Assembly (NCBI GenBank): GCA_963749745.1 | Contig: CAVVNP010000007.1 | Location: 11,351-75,350, forward strand | DNA: 64,000 nucleotides | From: an uncultured Acidimicrobiales bacterium | GTDB lineage: Bacteria > Actinomycetota > Acidimicrobiia > Acidimicrobiales > Iamiaceae | Direction of reading: 5' to 3' | Shown here: one piece after another, positions 27,016 to 38,127 of the stretch | Numbering within the stretch: position 1 is the stretch's first letter | Layout: each line of letters opens with the position of its first letter | Made by a program: the position numbers and the translations under genes | The notes under the pieces: model-generated | Database searches by the model: none | Told to the model about the DNA's origin: nothing | What the model saw: only the letters and a program-made list of their open reading frames with translations

Positions 27016-28718
27016 GCGTGCAGACCTCCACGACGGCGACCGCAGACGCGCCCGTGCACTGGTTCGAGACCAACCCGCTGTGGTTCAAGACGGCGGTGTT
27101 CTACGAGCTGCACATCCGCAGCTTCTTCGATCAGAACGGCGACGGCTGCGGCGACTTCGCCGGTCTCATCGAGAAGCTCGACTACCTGCAGTGGCTGGGC
27201 GTGGACTGCCTCTGGCTGCTGCCCTTCTACCCATCGCCGCTGCGCGACGGCGGGTACGACATCGCCGACTTCACCGACACCAACCCCGACTACGGGACCG
27301 TCGAGGACGTCAAGGCGTTCATCACCGCCGCCCACGAGCGGGGCATGCGGGTCATCACCGACCTGGTGATGAACCACACCAGCTCCGATCACCCGTGGTT
27401 CCGCGAATCCCGTTCGGGCCCCGAGTCGCCCAAGCGCAACTGGTACGTGTGGTCCGAGGACCCCAATCGCTACGAGGACGCCCGGGTCATCTTCACCGAC
27501 ACCGAGACCAGCAACTGGACCTGGGACGACGACGCCAACGCCTACTACTGGCACCGGTTCTTCAGCCACCAACCCGACCTCAACTACGACGAACCGGCCG
27601 TGCAGGACGCCATGATCGACGTGCTGCGGTTCTGGCTCGACATCGGCCTCGACGGCTTCCGCCTCGACGCGGTGCCGTACCTGTTCGAGCGTGAGGGCAC
27701 GAACTGCGAGAACCTGCCCGAGACCCACCACTTCCTCAAGCGGGTGCGGGCCACCATCGACGCCGAGTACCCGGACCGCTTGCTGCTGGCCGAGGCCAAC
27801 CAGTGGCCCGACGACGTGGTCCAGTACTTCGGGGCCGGCGACGGCGACGAGTGCCACATGGCGTTCCACTTCCCGGTCATGCCCCGGATGTTCATGGCCC
27901 TGCGGCGCGAGGAGGCGGCGCCGATCATCGAGATCCTCGACCGCACCCCTCCGATCCCCCGCAACTGCCAGTGGGGGCTGTTCCTGCGCAACCACGACGA
28001 GCTGACCCTGGAGATGGTCACCGACGAGGAGCGCGACTACATGTACGAGTCCTACGCCAAGGACCCGCGGATGAAGCTCAACGTCGGCATCCGCCGCCGG
28101 CTGGCGCCCCTCGTGGACAACGGGCGAGCCGAGATCGAGCTGCTGCACGCCATCCTCTTCTCCCTCCCGGGCAGCCCCATCCTCTACTACGGCGACGAGA
28201 TCGCCATGGGTGACAACGTCTACCTGGGTGACCGCGACGGGGTCCGCACGCCGATGCAGTGGACCGGTGACCGCAACGGCGGGTTCAGCCGAGCCGACTT
28301 CGCCGGGCTGTTCGCCCCGCCGCTCATGGACCCCGTCTACGGGTTCCAGGCCGTCAACGTGGAGGCCCAGCTACGGACGCCCTCCAGCATGCTGCGCTGG
28401 ATGCAGCGGTTCATCTCCCTGCGCAAGGAGCACCCGGTGTTCGGGCTGGGCAGCTACGACGCCCTGCCCACCGACAACGACCGCATCTTCGCCCACCTGC
28501 GCTGCTACGAGTCCGACATCGCGCTGTGCGTGCACAACCTGGCCCGCTCCGCCCAAGCCGTGCAGCTCGACCTCCGGCGGTTCGAGGGACGGGTGCCGGT
28601 GGAGATGCTGGGTCGGAGCCGCTTCCCGCAGATCGGGCAGCTCCCGTACCTGCTCACCCTGCAGCCCCGTAGCTTCTTCTGGTTCCTGCTGGTCGACGAG
28701 GAGACCGACCGTGGCTGA
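27012..28718 (+). CDS. treS: trehalose synthase (maltose alpha-D-glucosyltransferase)
   Basis: ATGA overlap with glg[73 protein letters not shown]. Confidence 0.93.
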   Translation: MSVQTSTTATADAPVHWFETNPLWFKTAVFYELHIRSFFDQNGDGCGDFAGLIEKLDYLQWLGVDCLWLLPFYPSPLRDGGYDIADFTDTNPDYGTVEDVKAFITAAHERGMRVITDLVMNHTSSDHPWFRESRSGPESPKRNWYVWSEDPNRYEDARVIFTDTETSNWTWDDDANAYYWHRFFSHQPDLNYDEPAVQDAMIDVLRFWLDIGLDGFRLDAVPYLFEREGTNCENLPETHHFLKRVRATIDAEYPDRLLLAEANQWPDDVVQYFGAGDGDECHMAFHFPVMPRMFMALRREEAAPIIEILDRTPPIPRNCQWGLFLRNHDELTLEMVTDEERDYMYESYAKDPRMKLNVGIRRRLAPLVDNGRAEIELLHAILFSLPGSPILYYGDEIAMGDNVYLGDRDGVRTPMQWTGDRNGGFSRADFAGLFAPPLMDPVYGFQAVNVEAQLRTPSSMLRWMQRFISLRKEHPVFGLGSYDALPTDNDRIFAHLRCYESDIALCVHNLARSAQAVQLDLRRFEGRVPVEMLGRSRFPQIGQLPYLLTLQPRSFFWFLLVDEETDRG

Positions 28719-30062
28719 CGCCATCACCGTCGAGGACATCGACGCCGGGCAGCTCTCGGACTGGCTGGTGGGCCAGCGATGGTTCGCATCCAAGGCGCGC
28801 GAGGTGCAGGTCCACCCGCTGGCCCTCCTGCCCCTCAGCGACGAACCGGCGGTCTCGGTGGCGCTGGTCGAGGCGCGCTTCGCGAGCGGGACCCACGACC
28901 TCTACCAGCTGCTGGTCGGACGCGGCCCCGACGGGCAGATCCTGCTCGACGTCCTGCGTGACCCCACCCTCGGCGGCGTGCTGGTGCGCCTCCTGGCCGA
29001 GCAGCGCGAGGTCGGCTCCGAGCACGGCGCGGTGGCGTTCCACTGGGTCGCCGGGGCGCTGGCCCCCCACGCCGGGCTGCGGTCCCTCGACGCCGAGCAG
29101 TCCAACACCTCGGCCCTGATCGACGATCGCTACGTGCTGAAGCTGTTCCGCCGGCTCGAGCCCGGCCCCAACCCGGAGCTCGAGATGCTCCGGTTCCTGG
29201 CCGAACGGGGCTTCGCCCACGTGCCCAGCCTCGCCGGTTGGTACGAGCTGCGCAGCGACGTCCTCGACGCGACCCTTGGCGTGGCCCAGGGGTTCCTGGC
29301 CGACAGTCGTGACGGGTGGGACCTGGTGCTCGACGGCCTGGCCGACGGGCGGGCGGCCGGACTGGTCGACGAGCTGGGTGAGCTGGGAGCGGTCCTGGCG
29401 CAACTGCACAACACCCTGGCGTCCGATCGGGCAGACCCCGACTTCGTGCCCGAGCCGTTCACACAGGAGGCCCTCGCCCTGCTGGCCGCCACCGTCGACG
29501 CCGAGATCGACCGCGCCTTCGTCGACCTGACCGAAGCACCCGACCCGGACGTCGTCGCCGACCTGGTGGGCCGCGGCGAGGAGGTCCGGGACCGGCTGCG
29601 AGGGCTGTCGAGCGCTCCCGACGGCGGACTGCTCATCCGCCACCACGGCGACCTCCACCTCGGTCAGACCATGCGATCGCCGGATCGCTGGATCATCATC
29701 GACTTCGAGGGCGAGCCCGCTCGCAGCCTGCACGAGCGTCGCCGCAAGCGCTCCCCGCTCCGCGACGTGGCCGGGATGCTGCGGTCCTTCGCCTACGCCG
29801 CCTCGGCGGTCGTCATCCAGCGCCGCGTCCAGGTGCCCGCCGGCTGGGAGGGCCAGGCGCGCGCCGCCTTCCTGGAGCGGTACCTCGCCGAGGTGCAGCG
29901 CGAGCTCCTGCCCGCCGGGCCGCAGGCGGTCGAGCGGCTGCTGGCCGTGTTCGAGCTGGAGAAGGCCGTGTACGAGCTCGGGTACGAGCTGAACCACCGG
30001 CCGGACTGGGCCGGATCCCGGTGGCGGGGATCCTGCGGCTGCTGGACGAGGACGGGGCATGA
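28711..30062 (+). pseudogene. mak: maltokinase (Pep2/Mak), -1 frame break about 50 nt before the stop (~30012)
   Basis: LSDWLVGQRWFASK...SNTSALIDDRYVLKLFRRLEPGPNPELEML...HGDLHLGQ...IIDFEGEP...[20 protein letters not shown]. The frame-corrected tail [15 protein letters not shown] ends in an ATGA overlap with glgB. Confidence 0.85.
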
Positions 30063-32005
30063 GCGACGCTGCATCGACCCCGCCCCCCGCCGGCGCGCTC
30101 GGCGACCTGGACCTGCACCTGCTGGGCGAGGGTCGCCACGAGCACCTGTACCGCCAGCTCGGTGCCCACCCGACCACCGTCGACGGCCGGGCCGGCACCC
30201 GGTTCTCGGTGTGGGCCCCCGCCGCCCGCTCGGTGGCCGTGTTCGGCGACTTCGACGGGTGGGACCGCACGGCTGATCCCTTGTCGCCGCTCGGGTCGTC
30301 GGGCGTGTGGAGCGGCTTCGTGGCCGGCGCCGAGGTCGGCCACCGCTACAAGTTCGCGGTGACCACGGAGCCCGGCGAGGTGCTGGAGAAGGCCGACCCG
30401 CTGGCCTTCCGCACCGAGCTGCCGCCGGCCACGGCCTCGGTGGTCGACGAGGCGCGGCACGAGTGGAGCGACGGCGACGCTTCGTACCTGTCACGCCGCC
30501 GGGCCGGGGACCCGCAGGCGGAGCCGATGTCGGTCTACGAGGTCCACCTCGGGTCGTGGCGTCGGAACCCGCTGGAGGACGACCGGGAGCTGACCTACCT
30601 GGAGCTGGCCGACGAGCTGGCCGCCTACGTGGTCGACCTGGGCTTCACCCACGTCGAGCTGCTGCCGGTGATGGGTCACCCCTTCTCGGGATCGTGGGGG
30701 TACCAGGTCACCTCGTACTACGCGCCCTCGCCCCGGTGGGGCTCGCCGGACGACTTCCGCCGGTTCGTCGACCGCCTGCACCAGGCCGGCATCGGCGTGC
30801 TGCTGGACTGGGTGCCGGCCCACTTCCCTCGGGACGAGTGGGCCCTGGCCCGGTTCGACGGAACCGCCCTGTACGAGCACGAGGACCCCCGCCGGGGCGC
30901 CCACCCCGACTGGGGCACGCTCATCTTCAACCTCAGCCGCCACGAGGTCCGCAACTTCCTGTTGGCCAACGCCCGGTTCTGGTTGGAGGAGTTCCACGTC
31001 GACGGGCTGCGGGTCGATGCGGTGGCGTCGATGTTGTACCTCGACTACTCCCGCACGCCGGACCAATGGGTGCCGAACGAGTTCGGCGGCCGCGAGAACC
31101 TGGAGGCGGTCGACTTCCTGCGGGAGCTGAACGAGTTGGTGCACCGCGACGATCCGGGCGTGATCTCCGCCGCCGAGGAGAGCACCGCGTGGCCCGGGGT
31201 GTCGCGTCCCACCTACCTGGGCGGCCTGGGGTTCGGGTTCAAGTGGAACATGGGCTGGATGCACGACACCCTCGGCTACTTCGCCCTCGACCCCGTCCAC
31301 CGCCGGTTCCACCACGACGAGCTCACCTTCAGCCTCGTCTACGCCTTCACCGAGAACTTCATCCTGCCCCTCAGCCACGACGAGGTCGTCCACGGCAAGG
31401 GCTCGCTGCTGGGCAAGATGGCCGGCGACCGCTGGCAGCGGTTCGCCAACCTGCGCGCCCTGTACGGCTACCTGTGGGCCCATCCCGGCAAGCAGCTGCT
31501 GTTCATGGGCTGCGAGATCGCCCAGGAGCGCGAGTGGGACCACGACGGCTCGCTCGACTGGCACCTGGTCGAACAGCCCGAGCACGCCGGCGTGCAGGAT
31601 CTGGTGCGGGACCTCAACCGCGCCTACCGCGACCACCCGGCGCTGTGGGAGGTCGACTTCGATCCGGCCGGCTTCACCTGGCTCGAGGCCGGAGACGCCG
31701 ACCGCAACGTGCTCGCCTTCTTGCGTCGCAACCGGGCCGGCGACCAGGTGCTGGCGTGCGTGGCCAACCTGTCACCGGTGCCCCGGTACGGCTACCGCGT
31801 CGGGCTGCCCGCGGTCGGCACGTGGACCGAGATCCTGAACACCGACGCGGCCCGCTACGGCGGCTCCGAGGTCGGCAACCTGGGCGCGGCCGAAGCCGAA
31901 CCGGTGCCGTGGCACGGCCAACCGGCCTCGGCCGAGCTGACCCTGCCGCCGCTGGGTGTCGTGTGGTTCGTGCCCGGGACCGCCCTTCCCGTCGACGATG
32001 TCTGA
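30059..32005 (+). CDS. glgB: 1,4-alpha-glucan branching enzyme
   Basis: 648 aa, intact. [62 protein letters not shown]. Confidence 0.93.
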   Translation: MSDAASTPPPAGALGDLDLHLLGEGRHEHLYRQLGAHPTTVDGRAGTRFSVWAPAARSVAVFGDFDGWDRTADPLSPLGSSGVWSGFVAGAEVGHRYKFAVTTEPGEVLEKADPLAFRTELPPATASVVDEARHEWSDGDASYLSRRRAGDPQAEPMSVYEVHLGSWRRNPLEDDRELTYLELADELAAYVVDLGFTHVELLPVMGHPFSGSWGYQVTSYYAPSPRWGSPDDFRRFVDRLHQAGIGVLLDWVPAHFPRDEWALARFDGTALYEHEDPRRGAHPDWGTLIFNLSRHEVRNFLLANARFWLEEFHVDGLRVDAVASMLYLDYSRTPDQWVPNEFGGRENLEAVDFLRELNELVHRDDPGVISAAEESTAWPGVSRPTYLGGLGFGFKWNMGWMHDTLGYFALDPVHRRFHHDELTFSLVYAFTENFILPLSHDEVVHGKGSLLGKMAGDRWQRFANLRALYGYLWAHPGKQLLFMGCEIAQEREWDHDGSLDWHLVEQPEHAGVQDLVRDLNRAYRDHPALWEVDFDPAGFTWLEAGDADRNVLAFLRRNRAGDQVLACVANLSPVPRYGYRVGLPAVGTWTEILNTDAARYGGSEVGNLGAAEAEPVPWHGQPASAELTLPPLGVVWFVPGTALPVDDV

Positions 32006-32132
32006 GCGAACGGTGTCCCACCCTTCGCCAGCCCTGGCCGACCCGAGCCGCCGGTGAAGGGCCCGGACGGACCAGCGGTCCCGGCGGGCAGAGGACCGCC
32101 TCCCGTGGGACCGGCCCCTCGGGGCGACCCCC

Positions 32133-33823
32133 GTGGCCGGCCAGCCCGGCCGCTGCACCTTCCGGGTGTGGGCCCATGACGCCCCGTCGGTGTCAGTGCG
32201 CCTGGCGGGGGGCGAGGTGCCGCTGGCCGATGCCGGATTCGGGGTGTGGGAGGGCGTGGCCGATGCCGGTCACGGCGACGCGTACCGGTTCGTGCTCGGC
32301 GGTGCCGAAGCCCTGCCGGACCCCTGCTCCCGCTGGCAGCCCCACGGCATCCGGGGCGACTCGGCGGTGGTCGACCCGGCCACCTTCACCTGGACCGACG
32401 CCCGGTTCGAGCCGCCGCCGCTCCGGGACCTGGTGGTCTACGAGCTGCACGTCGGAACCTTCTCGCCGCTCGGCACCTTCGACGACGCCATACCCCACAT
32501 CCGGAACCTGGCCGATCTGGGGATCACCGCCATCGAGTTGATGCCCGTCGGCGAGTTCCCCGGTGGGCGCGGCTGGGGCTACGACGGCGTGCACCCGGGC
32601 GCCGCCCAGTCCAGCTACGGCGGCCCGGCCGGGCTGTCGCGGCTGGTCGACGCCGCTCACGCGGTCGGCCTGGCGGTGCTGCTCGACGTGGTCTACAACC
32701 ACGTGGGCGCGTCGGGTGGGGCCGCCCTCACCGCCTTCGGTCCCTACTTCACGGACTCGTACCGGACCCCGTGGGGCTCGGCGGTCAACTACGACGACGC
32801 CTGGTGCGACCCGGTGCGGGAGTGGGTGCTGCAGTCCGCCGAGTGGTGGCTGCGGGAGCTGCACGTCGACGGGCTGCGGGTGGACGCCATCCACGCCATC
32901 CACGACGAGAGCGCCACCGACCTGGTGGCCGAGCTGGCCGACCGCGCCCACGCCGCCCGGCCCGGCGCGCTGGTGATCGCCGAGAGCGGGCTGAACGACC
33001 CCAAGGTGATCCGCCCCCGATCGCGAGGGCGGCTTCGGGTGCGACGGCGTCTGGGCCGACGACTTCCACCACGCCTTGCGCACGGTGCTGACCGGTGACC
33101 GCAGCGGCTGGTACGAGGAGTTCGGCACGGTGGCCGCCCTGGCCAAGGCGTACGGGCGCCCCCACGTGCACGACGGTGGGTGGTCGAGGTACCGCCACCG
33201 CCGCTTCGGCGCGCCGGCGTGGGATCGCCCGCCGGAGCAGTTCGTGGTGTTCGACCAGGACCACGACCAGGTGGGGAACCGGGCCTTCGGAGACCGGCCG
33301 CCCGCCGAGACCCGGCGGTTGTCGGCGCTGTGCGTGTTGTTCTCGCCGTTCACCCCGATGTTGTTCATGGGGGAGGAATACGGGGAGGACGCGCCCTTCC
33401 TGTTCTTCAGCGACCACATCGATCCCGACATCGCCGAGGCGACCCGCACCGGGCGCCGCCGTGAGTTCGCCCGCTTCGCCGTCCTTCAGCGAGGAGGACG
33501 TGCCCGACCCACAGTCCGAGGAGACCTTCCTGCGTTCCAAGCTGACCCGCCACGTGGTGCCCGGGACGGCCGAGCTGTTCCGCGCCGCCCTCGCCCTCCG
33601 CCGGGAGCTGCCCGCCGGCGACGCCGAGGTCTCCTTCGACGAGGGTGCCGGCTGGCTCCAGGTCCGCCGCGGCCCCTTCACGATGATCGCCAACCTCGGA
33701 CGCACCGAGCAGGTGGTGCCGGTGGCGTCCGGGGACGAGGTGGTGCTCGCCACCCAGGCCGAGGTGCGCGCCGCCAACGGTTCACTGCAGCTTCCGGCGC
33801 TCGCCGGGGCGGTGCTGCGGTGA
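32133..33823 (+). pseudogene. treZ: malto-oligosyltrehalose trehalohydrolase, two +1 frameshifts (~33012, ~33480)
   Basis: FRVWAH..., YELHVGTFSP, GITAIELMPV, GWGYDGV, GLRVDAIHAI, IAESGLNDPKVIRP / DREGGFGCDGVWADDFHHAL...FDQDHDQVGNR...FMGEEYGE / FSEEDVPDPQSEETFLRSKL. Confidence 0.88.
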
Positions 33824-36006
33824 CCGACACCCCCGAGGCGCCGACCGGTCGGCGGCCGGTCTGGCGCGGCGTGCCGTACCCGCTGGGCGCCAACTTCGAC
33901 GGCCGGGGCACCAACTTCTCCCTGTTCTCCGAGAACGCCACCAAGGTCGAGCTGTGCCTGTTCAACGACCCACCGGCCGACGCCGAACCGGGCATGCCGC
34001 TCCTCGAGGAGCGCATCGAGATGGCCGAGCAGACCGCGTTCAACTGGCACTGCTACCTGCCCGGTGTCGGCACCGGCCAGCGCTACGGGTACCGCGTCCA
34101 CGGGCCCTACGAACCCGAGGAGGGCCACCGCTTCAACCCGTCCAAGCTGCTGCTCGACCCCTACGCCAACGCCATCGACGGCGAGGTCGACTGGGATGCC
34201 GCCAACGTGTTGCCCTACACCCCCGACGACAGCGAGAGCGCCGACCTCGAGCCCGACGACGAGGATGACGCCGCCGCCATGCCCAAGTGCGTGGTGATCG
34301 ATCCGGGGTTCGACTGGGAGGGGGACCGACACCTGCAGACGTCCTGGAGCAGCACGGTGATCTACGAGGCGCACGTCAAGGGCTTCACCCACCGCCATCC
34401 CGACGTGCGCGACGACCTGAGGGGCACCTACGGCGGGCTGGCCTCCGAGGCGTCGCTGGAGTACCTGCAGGGGTTGGGCGTCACCGCCGTCGAACTGCTC
34501 CCGGTCCACCACATCGCCAGCGAGAGCTTCCTGCACGGGCGAGGGCTCACCAACTACTGGGGCTACAGCTCCATCGGGTACCTGGCGCCGCACGCCGGCT
34601 ACGCCGCCACCGGCGAGCACGGCGAGCAGGTGCGGGAGTTCAAGGGCATGGTCAAGGCCCTGCACCGCGCCGGCATCGAGGTCATCCTCGACGTCGTCTA
34701 CAACCACACCGCCGAGGGCAACCACCTGGGACCGATGCTGTCGTTCAAGGGGGTCGACAACGCCAGCTACTACCGCCTGATGCCGGACGACCTCCGCTCC
34801 TACATGGACTTCACCGGCACGGGGAACTCGCTCAACGTGGTCCACCCCGGCGTGCTCCGGCTGATCATGGACTCGTTGCGGTACTGGGTGATCGAGTGCC
34901 ACGTCGACGGCTTCCGCTTCGACCTGGCCTCGGCGCTGGCCCGCGAGCTGTACGACGTCGACCGGCTCTCGGCCTTCTTCGACGTGATCCACCAGGACCC
35001 CGTGCTCTCCCAGGTGAAGCTCATCGCCGAGCCGTGGGACGTCGGCCCCGGCGGCTACCAGGTCGGCAACTTCCCGATCCTGTGGACCGAGTGGAACGGG
35101 CGCTACCGGGACGACATCCGGGACTTCTGGCGGGGTCAGACCAGCGTCGCCGCCTTCGCCGAGCGCTTCACCGGAAGCAGCGACCTGTACGAGAGCGACG
35201 GCCGGCGGCCGTCCGCCTCCATCAACTTCGTGACGGCCCACGACGGCTTCACGCTGAACGACCTGGTCTCCTACAACGACAAGCACAACGAGGCCAACGG
35301 CGAGGACAACCGCGACGGCAGCGACGACAACCGGTCGTGGAACTGCGGGGTGGAAGGGCCCACCGAGGACGGCGCCATCCTGGACCTGCGGGCCCGCCAG
35401 CGCCGGAACCTGCTGGCGACGCTGCTGCTGAGCCAGGGGGTGCCGATGCTGGTGGCCGGCGACGAGATGGGTCGCACCCAGCACGGCAACAACAACGCGT
35501 GGTGCCAGGACAACGAGCTGTCCTGGCTGGACTGGGACGATCTCGACCGCAACGCCGGTCTGGTCGACTTCACGCGCCGGCTCATCGCCCTGCGCCGATC
35601 GCACCCGGTCTTCACCCGCCGGCACTTCCTCCAGGGCGAATCGGCCGACGACGACCACCTCCCCGACGCCTGGTGGTTCCGCCCCGACGGGCGCAAGGTG
35701 ACGCGCCGCGACTGGGAGGACGACGGCAACCACGTGGTCGGCCTGTTCCTGAACGGACGGCACTTCAACTACCACGACTTCCATGGCCGGCCCATCGTCG
35801 ACGACTCGTTCCTGTTGTTCTTCAACGGCCACCACGAGGACATCACCTTCAGCCTGCCGGCGGCCCGGTACGGCCGGCGCTGGGTGCTGGAGCTCTCCAC
35901 GTCCGACCCGGCCGACCCGCCCGGCGCGTGGGAGCGGGCGCCCCGCCAGGACCTCGAGGTCATGGCGCGGTCGGTCGTCGTGCTGCGCCGGGTCGAGCCG
36001 GTTTGA
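33820..36006 (+). CDS. glgX: glycogen debranching enzyme
   Basis: GTGA overlap with treZ. 728 aa, intact. PYPLGANFDGRGTNFSLFS, YEAHVKGFT, NYWGYSSIGY, GFRFDLASAL, KLIAEPWD, VTAHDGFTLNDLVSYN. Confidence 0.92.
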   Translation: MTDTPEAPTGRRPVWRGVPYPLGANFDGRGTNFSLFSENATKVELCLFNDPPADAEPGMPLLEERIEMAEQTAFNWHCYLPGVGTGQRYGYRVHGPYEPEEGHRFNPSKLLLDPYANAIDGEVDWDAANVLPYTPDDSESADLEPDDEDDAAAMPKCVVIDPGFDWEGDRHLQTSWSSTVIYEAHVKGFTHRHPDVRDDLRGTYGGLASEASLEYLQGLGVTAVELLPVHHIASESFLHGRGLTNYWGYSSIGYLAPHAGYAATGEHGEQVREFKGMVKALHRAGIEVILDVVYNHTAEGNHLGPMLSFKGVDNASYYRLMPDDLRSYMDFTGTGNSLNVVHPGVLRLIMDSLRYWVIECHVDGFRFDLASALARELYDVDRLSAFFDVIHQDPVLSQVKLIAEPWDVGPGGYQVGNFPILWTEWNGRYRDDIRDFWRGQTSVAAFAERFTGSSDLYESDGRRPSASINFVTAHDGFTLNDLVSYNDKHNEANGEDNRDGSDDNRSWNCGVEGPTEDGAILDLRARQRRNLLATLLLSQGVPMLVAGDEMGRTQHGNNNAWCQDNELSWLDWDDLDRNAGLVDFTRRLIALRRSHPVFTRRHFLQGESADDDHLPDAWWFRPDGRKVTRRDWEDDGNHVVGLFLNGRHFNYHDFHGRPIVDDSFLLFFNGHHEDITFSLPAARYGRRWVLELSTSDPADPPGAWERAPRQDLEVMARSVVVLRRVEPV

Positions 36007-38069
36007 CCCCCCCGTCGCGGCCCTGGCGATGCACCTACCGCTTGCAACTCACCCCCACGTTCGGGTTCGGGGCGGCCGCCGGGCTGGTGCCGTACCTGTC
36101 CGACCTCGGCGTGTCGCACCTGTACCTCTCGCCCAGCCTGCAGGCCCGCCCGGGGTCGTTGCACGGGTACGACTGCATCGATCCCACCCGCGTCTCGGAG
36201 GACCTCGGCGGCGAGGCGGCGCTGCGGGCCCTGGCGTCGACGGCCCAGGCGGCGGGGCTGGGCCTGCTCCTCGACATCGTCCCCAACCACTTGGCGGTCG
36301 ATGACGCCAACCCGTTCTGGGCCGACGAGAACCTGCGGGCCAAGGTCTTCGACCTCGACCCACTGACCGGTCGACACCGCCGGTTCTTCGACGTCGACGA
36401 TCTGGCCGGCGTCCGCCAGGAGGACCCCGAGGTCTTCGAACTGACCCACGCCAAGGTGCTGCACCTGGTGCACGACGGGGTCGTCGACGGCCTCCGCATC
36501 GACCATCCCGACGGGCTCACCGACCCCGCCGGCTACCTGCGGCGGCTACGGGAGCGAGGCGTGGAGCACGTCTGGGTCGAGAAGATCCTGGAGGGGGACG
36601 AAGCCCTTCGGGACTGGCCGGTCGAGGGCACGGTCGGGTACGGCTTCCTGGTCGACGCCGACGCCGTGTGCGTGGACCCCGAGGCCGAGCAACCGTTCAC
36701 CGACGCCTACGCCCGGCTCACCGGCGAGACCCGATCGTTCGAGGACGTGGCCCACGAGGCCGAGCGGGGGGAGGCGGAGACCACCTTCACCCCCGAGGTC
36801 GAGCGGTTGGAGCGGCTGGTCGACGACGTCGACCTGGACCGGGCGGAGCTGGTGGACGCCCTGGTCGAGCTGCCGGTGTACCGCACGTACGTGGAGCCCG
36901 ACGCCGGCGAGGTGGAGCCCGAGGACGTCGCCGAGGTGGAGGCGGCCTCGCCGTCGCCCGAGCTGGAGCGCATCCTGACCCTGCGGGAGTCGGGCCACGA
37001 CGAGTTCGTCGCCCGCTTCCAGCAGACCTCGGCGCCGATCATGGCCAAGGGGATCGAGGACACCGCCTTCTACCGGTACGACCGGCTGCTCTGCCTCAAC
37101 GAGGTCGGTGGTGACCCCGGGAGGTTCTCGCTGCCGGTCGCCGAGCTCCACGCGCGGTGCGCGGCCCGCGGCGAGCGCTTCCCCCGCAACCTGCTGGCGG
37201 GGACGACCCATGACACCAAGCGCTCCGCCGACGTGCGGGCCCGGCTGGTGGCCTTGTCGGGACGAGCGGGGGAGTACGTCGAACGGGTCGAGGAGTGGTT
37301 CGCCCTGACCGCCGAGCTGTGCCGTCCGGTCAGGGGATCGGTCGCTCCCAGCGCCAACGAGCGCTGGCTCATCTTCCAGACGCTCCTCGGCGCGTGGCCC
37401 ATCTCGGTCGACCGCCTGCACCAGTACCTGGAGAAGGCGCTGCGGGAGGCCAAGGTCACCACGTCGTGGGTCTCCCCCCGCGCCGACTGGGAGGAGGCGG
37501 TGCAGTCCTTCGCCTCCGGCCTCCTGCGCCACGAACGGTTCCTGGCCTCCTTCGAGCCCTTCGCCGCGGGGGTCGCCGCCGACGGCGAGCAGGTGGCGCT
37601 GGCCGAGCTGGTGCTGCGCCTCACCGTGCCCGGCGTACCCGACCTGTACCAGGGCGACGAGCTGCTGAACCTGGCCCTCGTCGACCCCGACAACCGCCGG
37701 CCCGTCGACTTCGGCGCTCGCCGGGCCGCGCTCGAGGAGGTCGTGACCGGCTCGGGGACAGCCCGCAACCGGAAGCTGGCGGTGCTGCACCGGCTGCTGG
37801 CGTTCCGAGCCGAACGCCCCGACCTCTTCGCCGGGACCTACGAGCCGGCCGACGCCGGCCCCGACGTGTGCGCCTTCGTCCGCCGCCCGTCAACTGGGGC
37901 CGGCGGCGCCGCTGGCGCGGCGGTGATGGCGGTCGCGGTGTCGCTGCGCCCGTGGCGCCAGGTGCCATCGCCCTCCCCGGGCGACCTGGGGCTCGACGTC
38001 GAGAGCCGGACCGACCTCCTCGCCGGGCTCGAGCCGGCCTGCCCGGCCGAGGTCTGGGTCCACGGTTGA
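36003..38069 (+). CDS. treY: malto-oligosyltrehalose synthase
   Basis: TTGA overlap with glgX. TYRLQLTPTFGF, LGVSHLYLSPS, HGYDCIDP, DIVPNH, GLRIDHPDGL, GTVGYGF, TTHDTKRSADVR, DLYQGDEL. Confidence 0.9.
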   Translation: MTPPSRPWRCTYRLQLTPTFGFGAAAGLVPYLSDLGVSHLYLSPSLQARPGSLHGYDCIDPTRVSEDLGGEAALRALASTAQAAGLGLLLDIVPNHLAVDDANPFWADENLRAKVFDLDPLTGRHRRFFDVDDLAGVRQEDPEVFELTHAKVLHLVHDGVVDGLRIDHPDGLTDPAGYLRRLRERGVEHVWVEKILEGDEALRDWPVEGTVGYGFLVDADAVCVDPEAEQPFTDAYARLTGETRSFEDVAHEAERGEAETTFTPEVERLERLVDDVDLDRAELVDALVELPVYRTYVEPDAGEVEPEDVAEVEAASPSPELERILTLRESGHDEFVARFQQTSAPIMAKGIEDTAFYRYDRLLCLNEVGGDPGRFSLPVAELHARCAARGERFPRNLLAGTTHDTKRSADVRARLVALSGRAGEYVERVEEWFALTAELCRPVRGSVAPSANERWLIFQTLLGAWPISVDRLHQYLEKALREAKVTTSWVSPRADWEEAVQSFASGLLRHERFLASFEPFAAGVAADGEQVALAELVLRLTVPGVPDLYQGDELLNLALVDPDNRRPVDFGARRAALEEVVTGSGTARNRKLAVLHRLLAFRAERPDLFAGTYEPADAGPDVCAFVRRPSTGAGGAAGAAVMAVAVSLRPWRQVPSPSPGDLGLDVESRTDLLAGLEPACPAEVWVHG

Positions 38070-38127
38070 CCGATGCCGACGGTCGCGGCCTGGCGCGTCG
38101 CCGAACCCGTGCCGGTACGGTCCGGCC

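Noticed and set aside
32785-35835. 1016-aa ORF on the minus strand, antisense to treZ/glgX. Similar giants occur at 43336..47328(-), 10501..12843(-), 24922..26940(-), 7965..9227(-), 49542..52142(+), 52282..54888(+), 54419..56695(+) and 34287..38069 upstream of treY.
   Set aside because: They are Arg/Gly/Pro/Asp/His-rich and low in complexity, with no recognisable motifs. Each lies exactly opposite, or out of frame to, a gene with unmistakable conserved motifs. Stop-free antisense frames like these are expected when third-codon positions are about 90% G/C.
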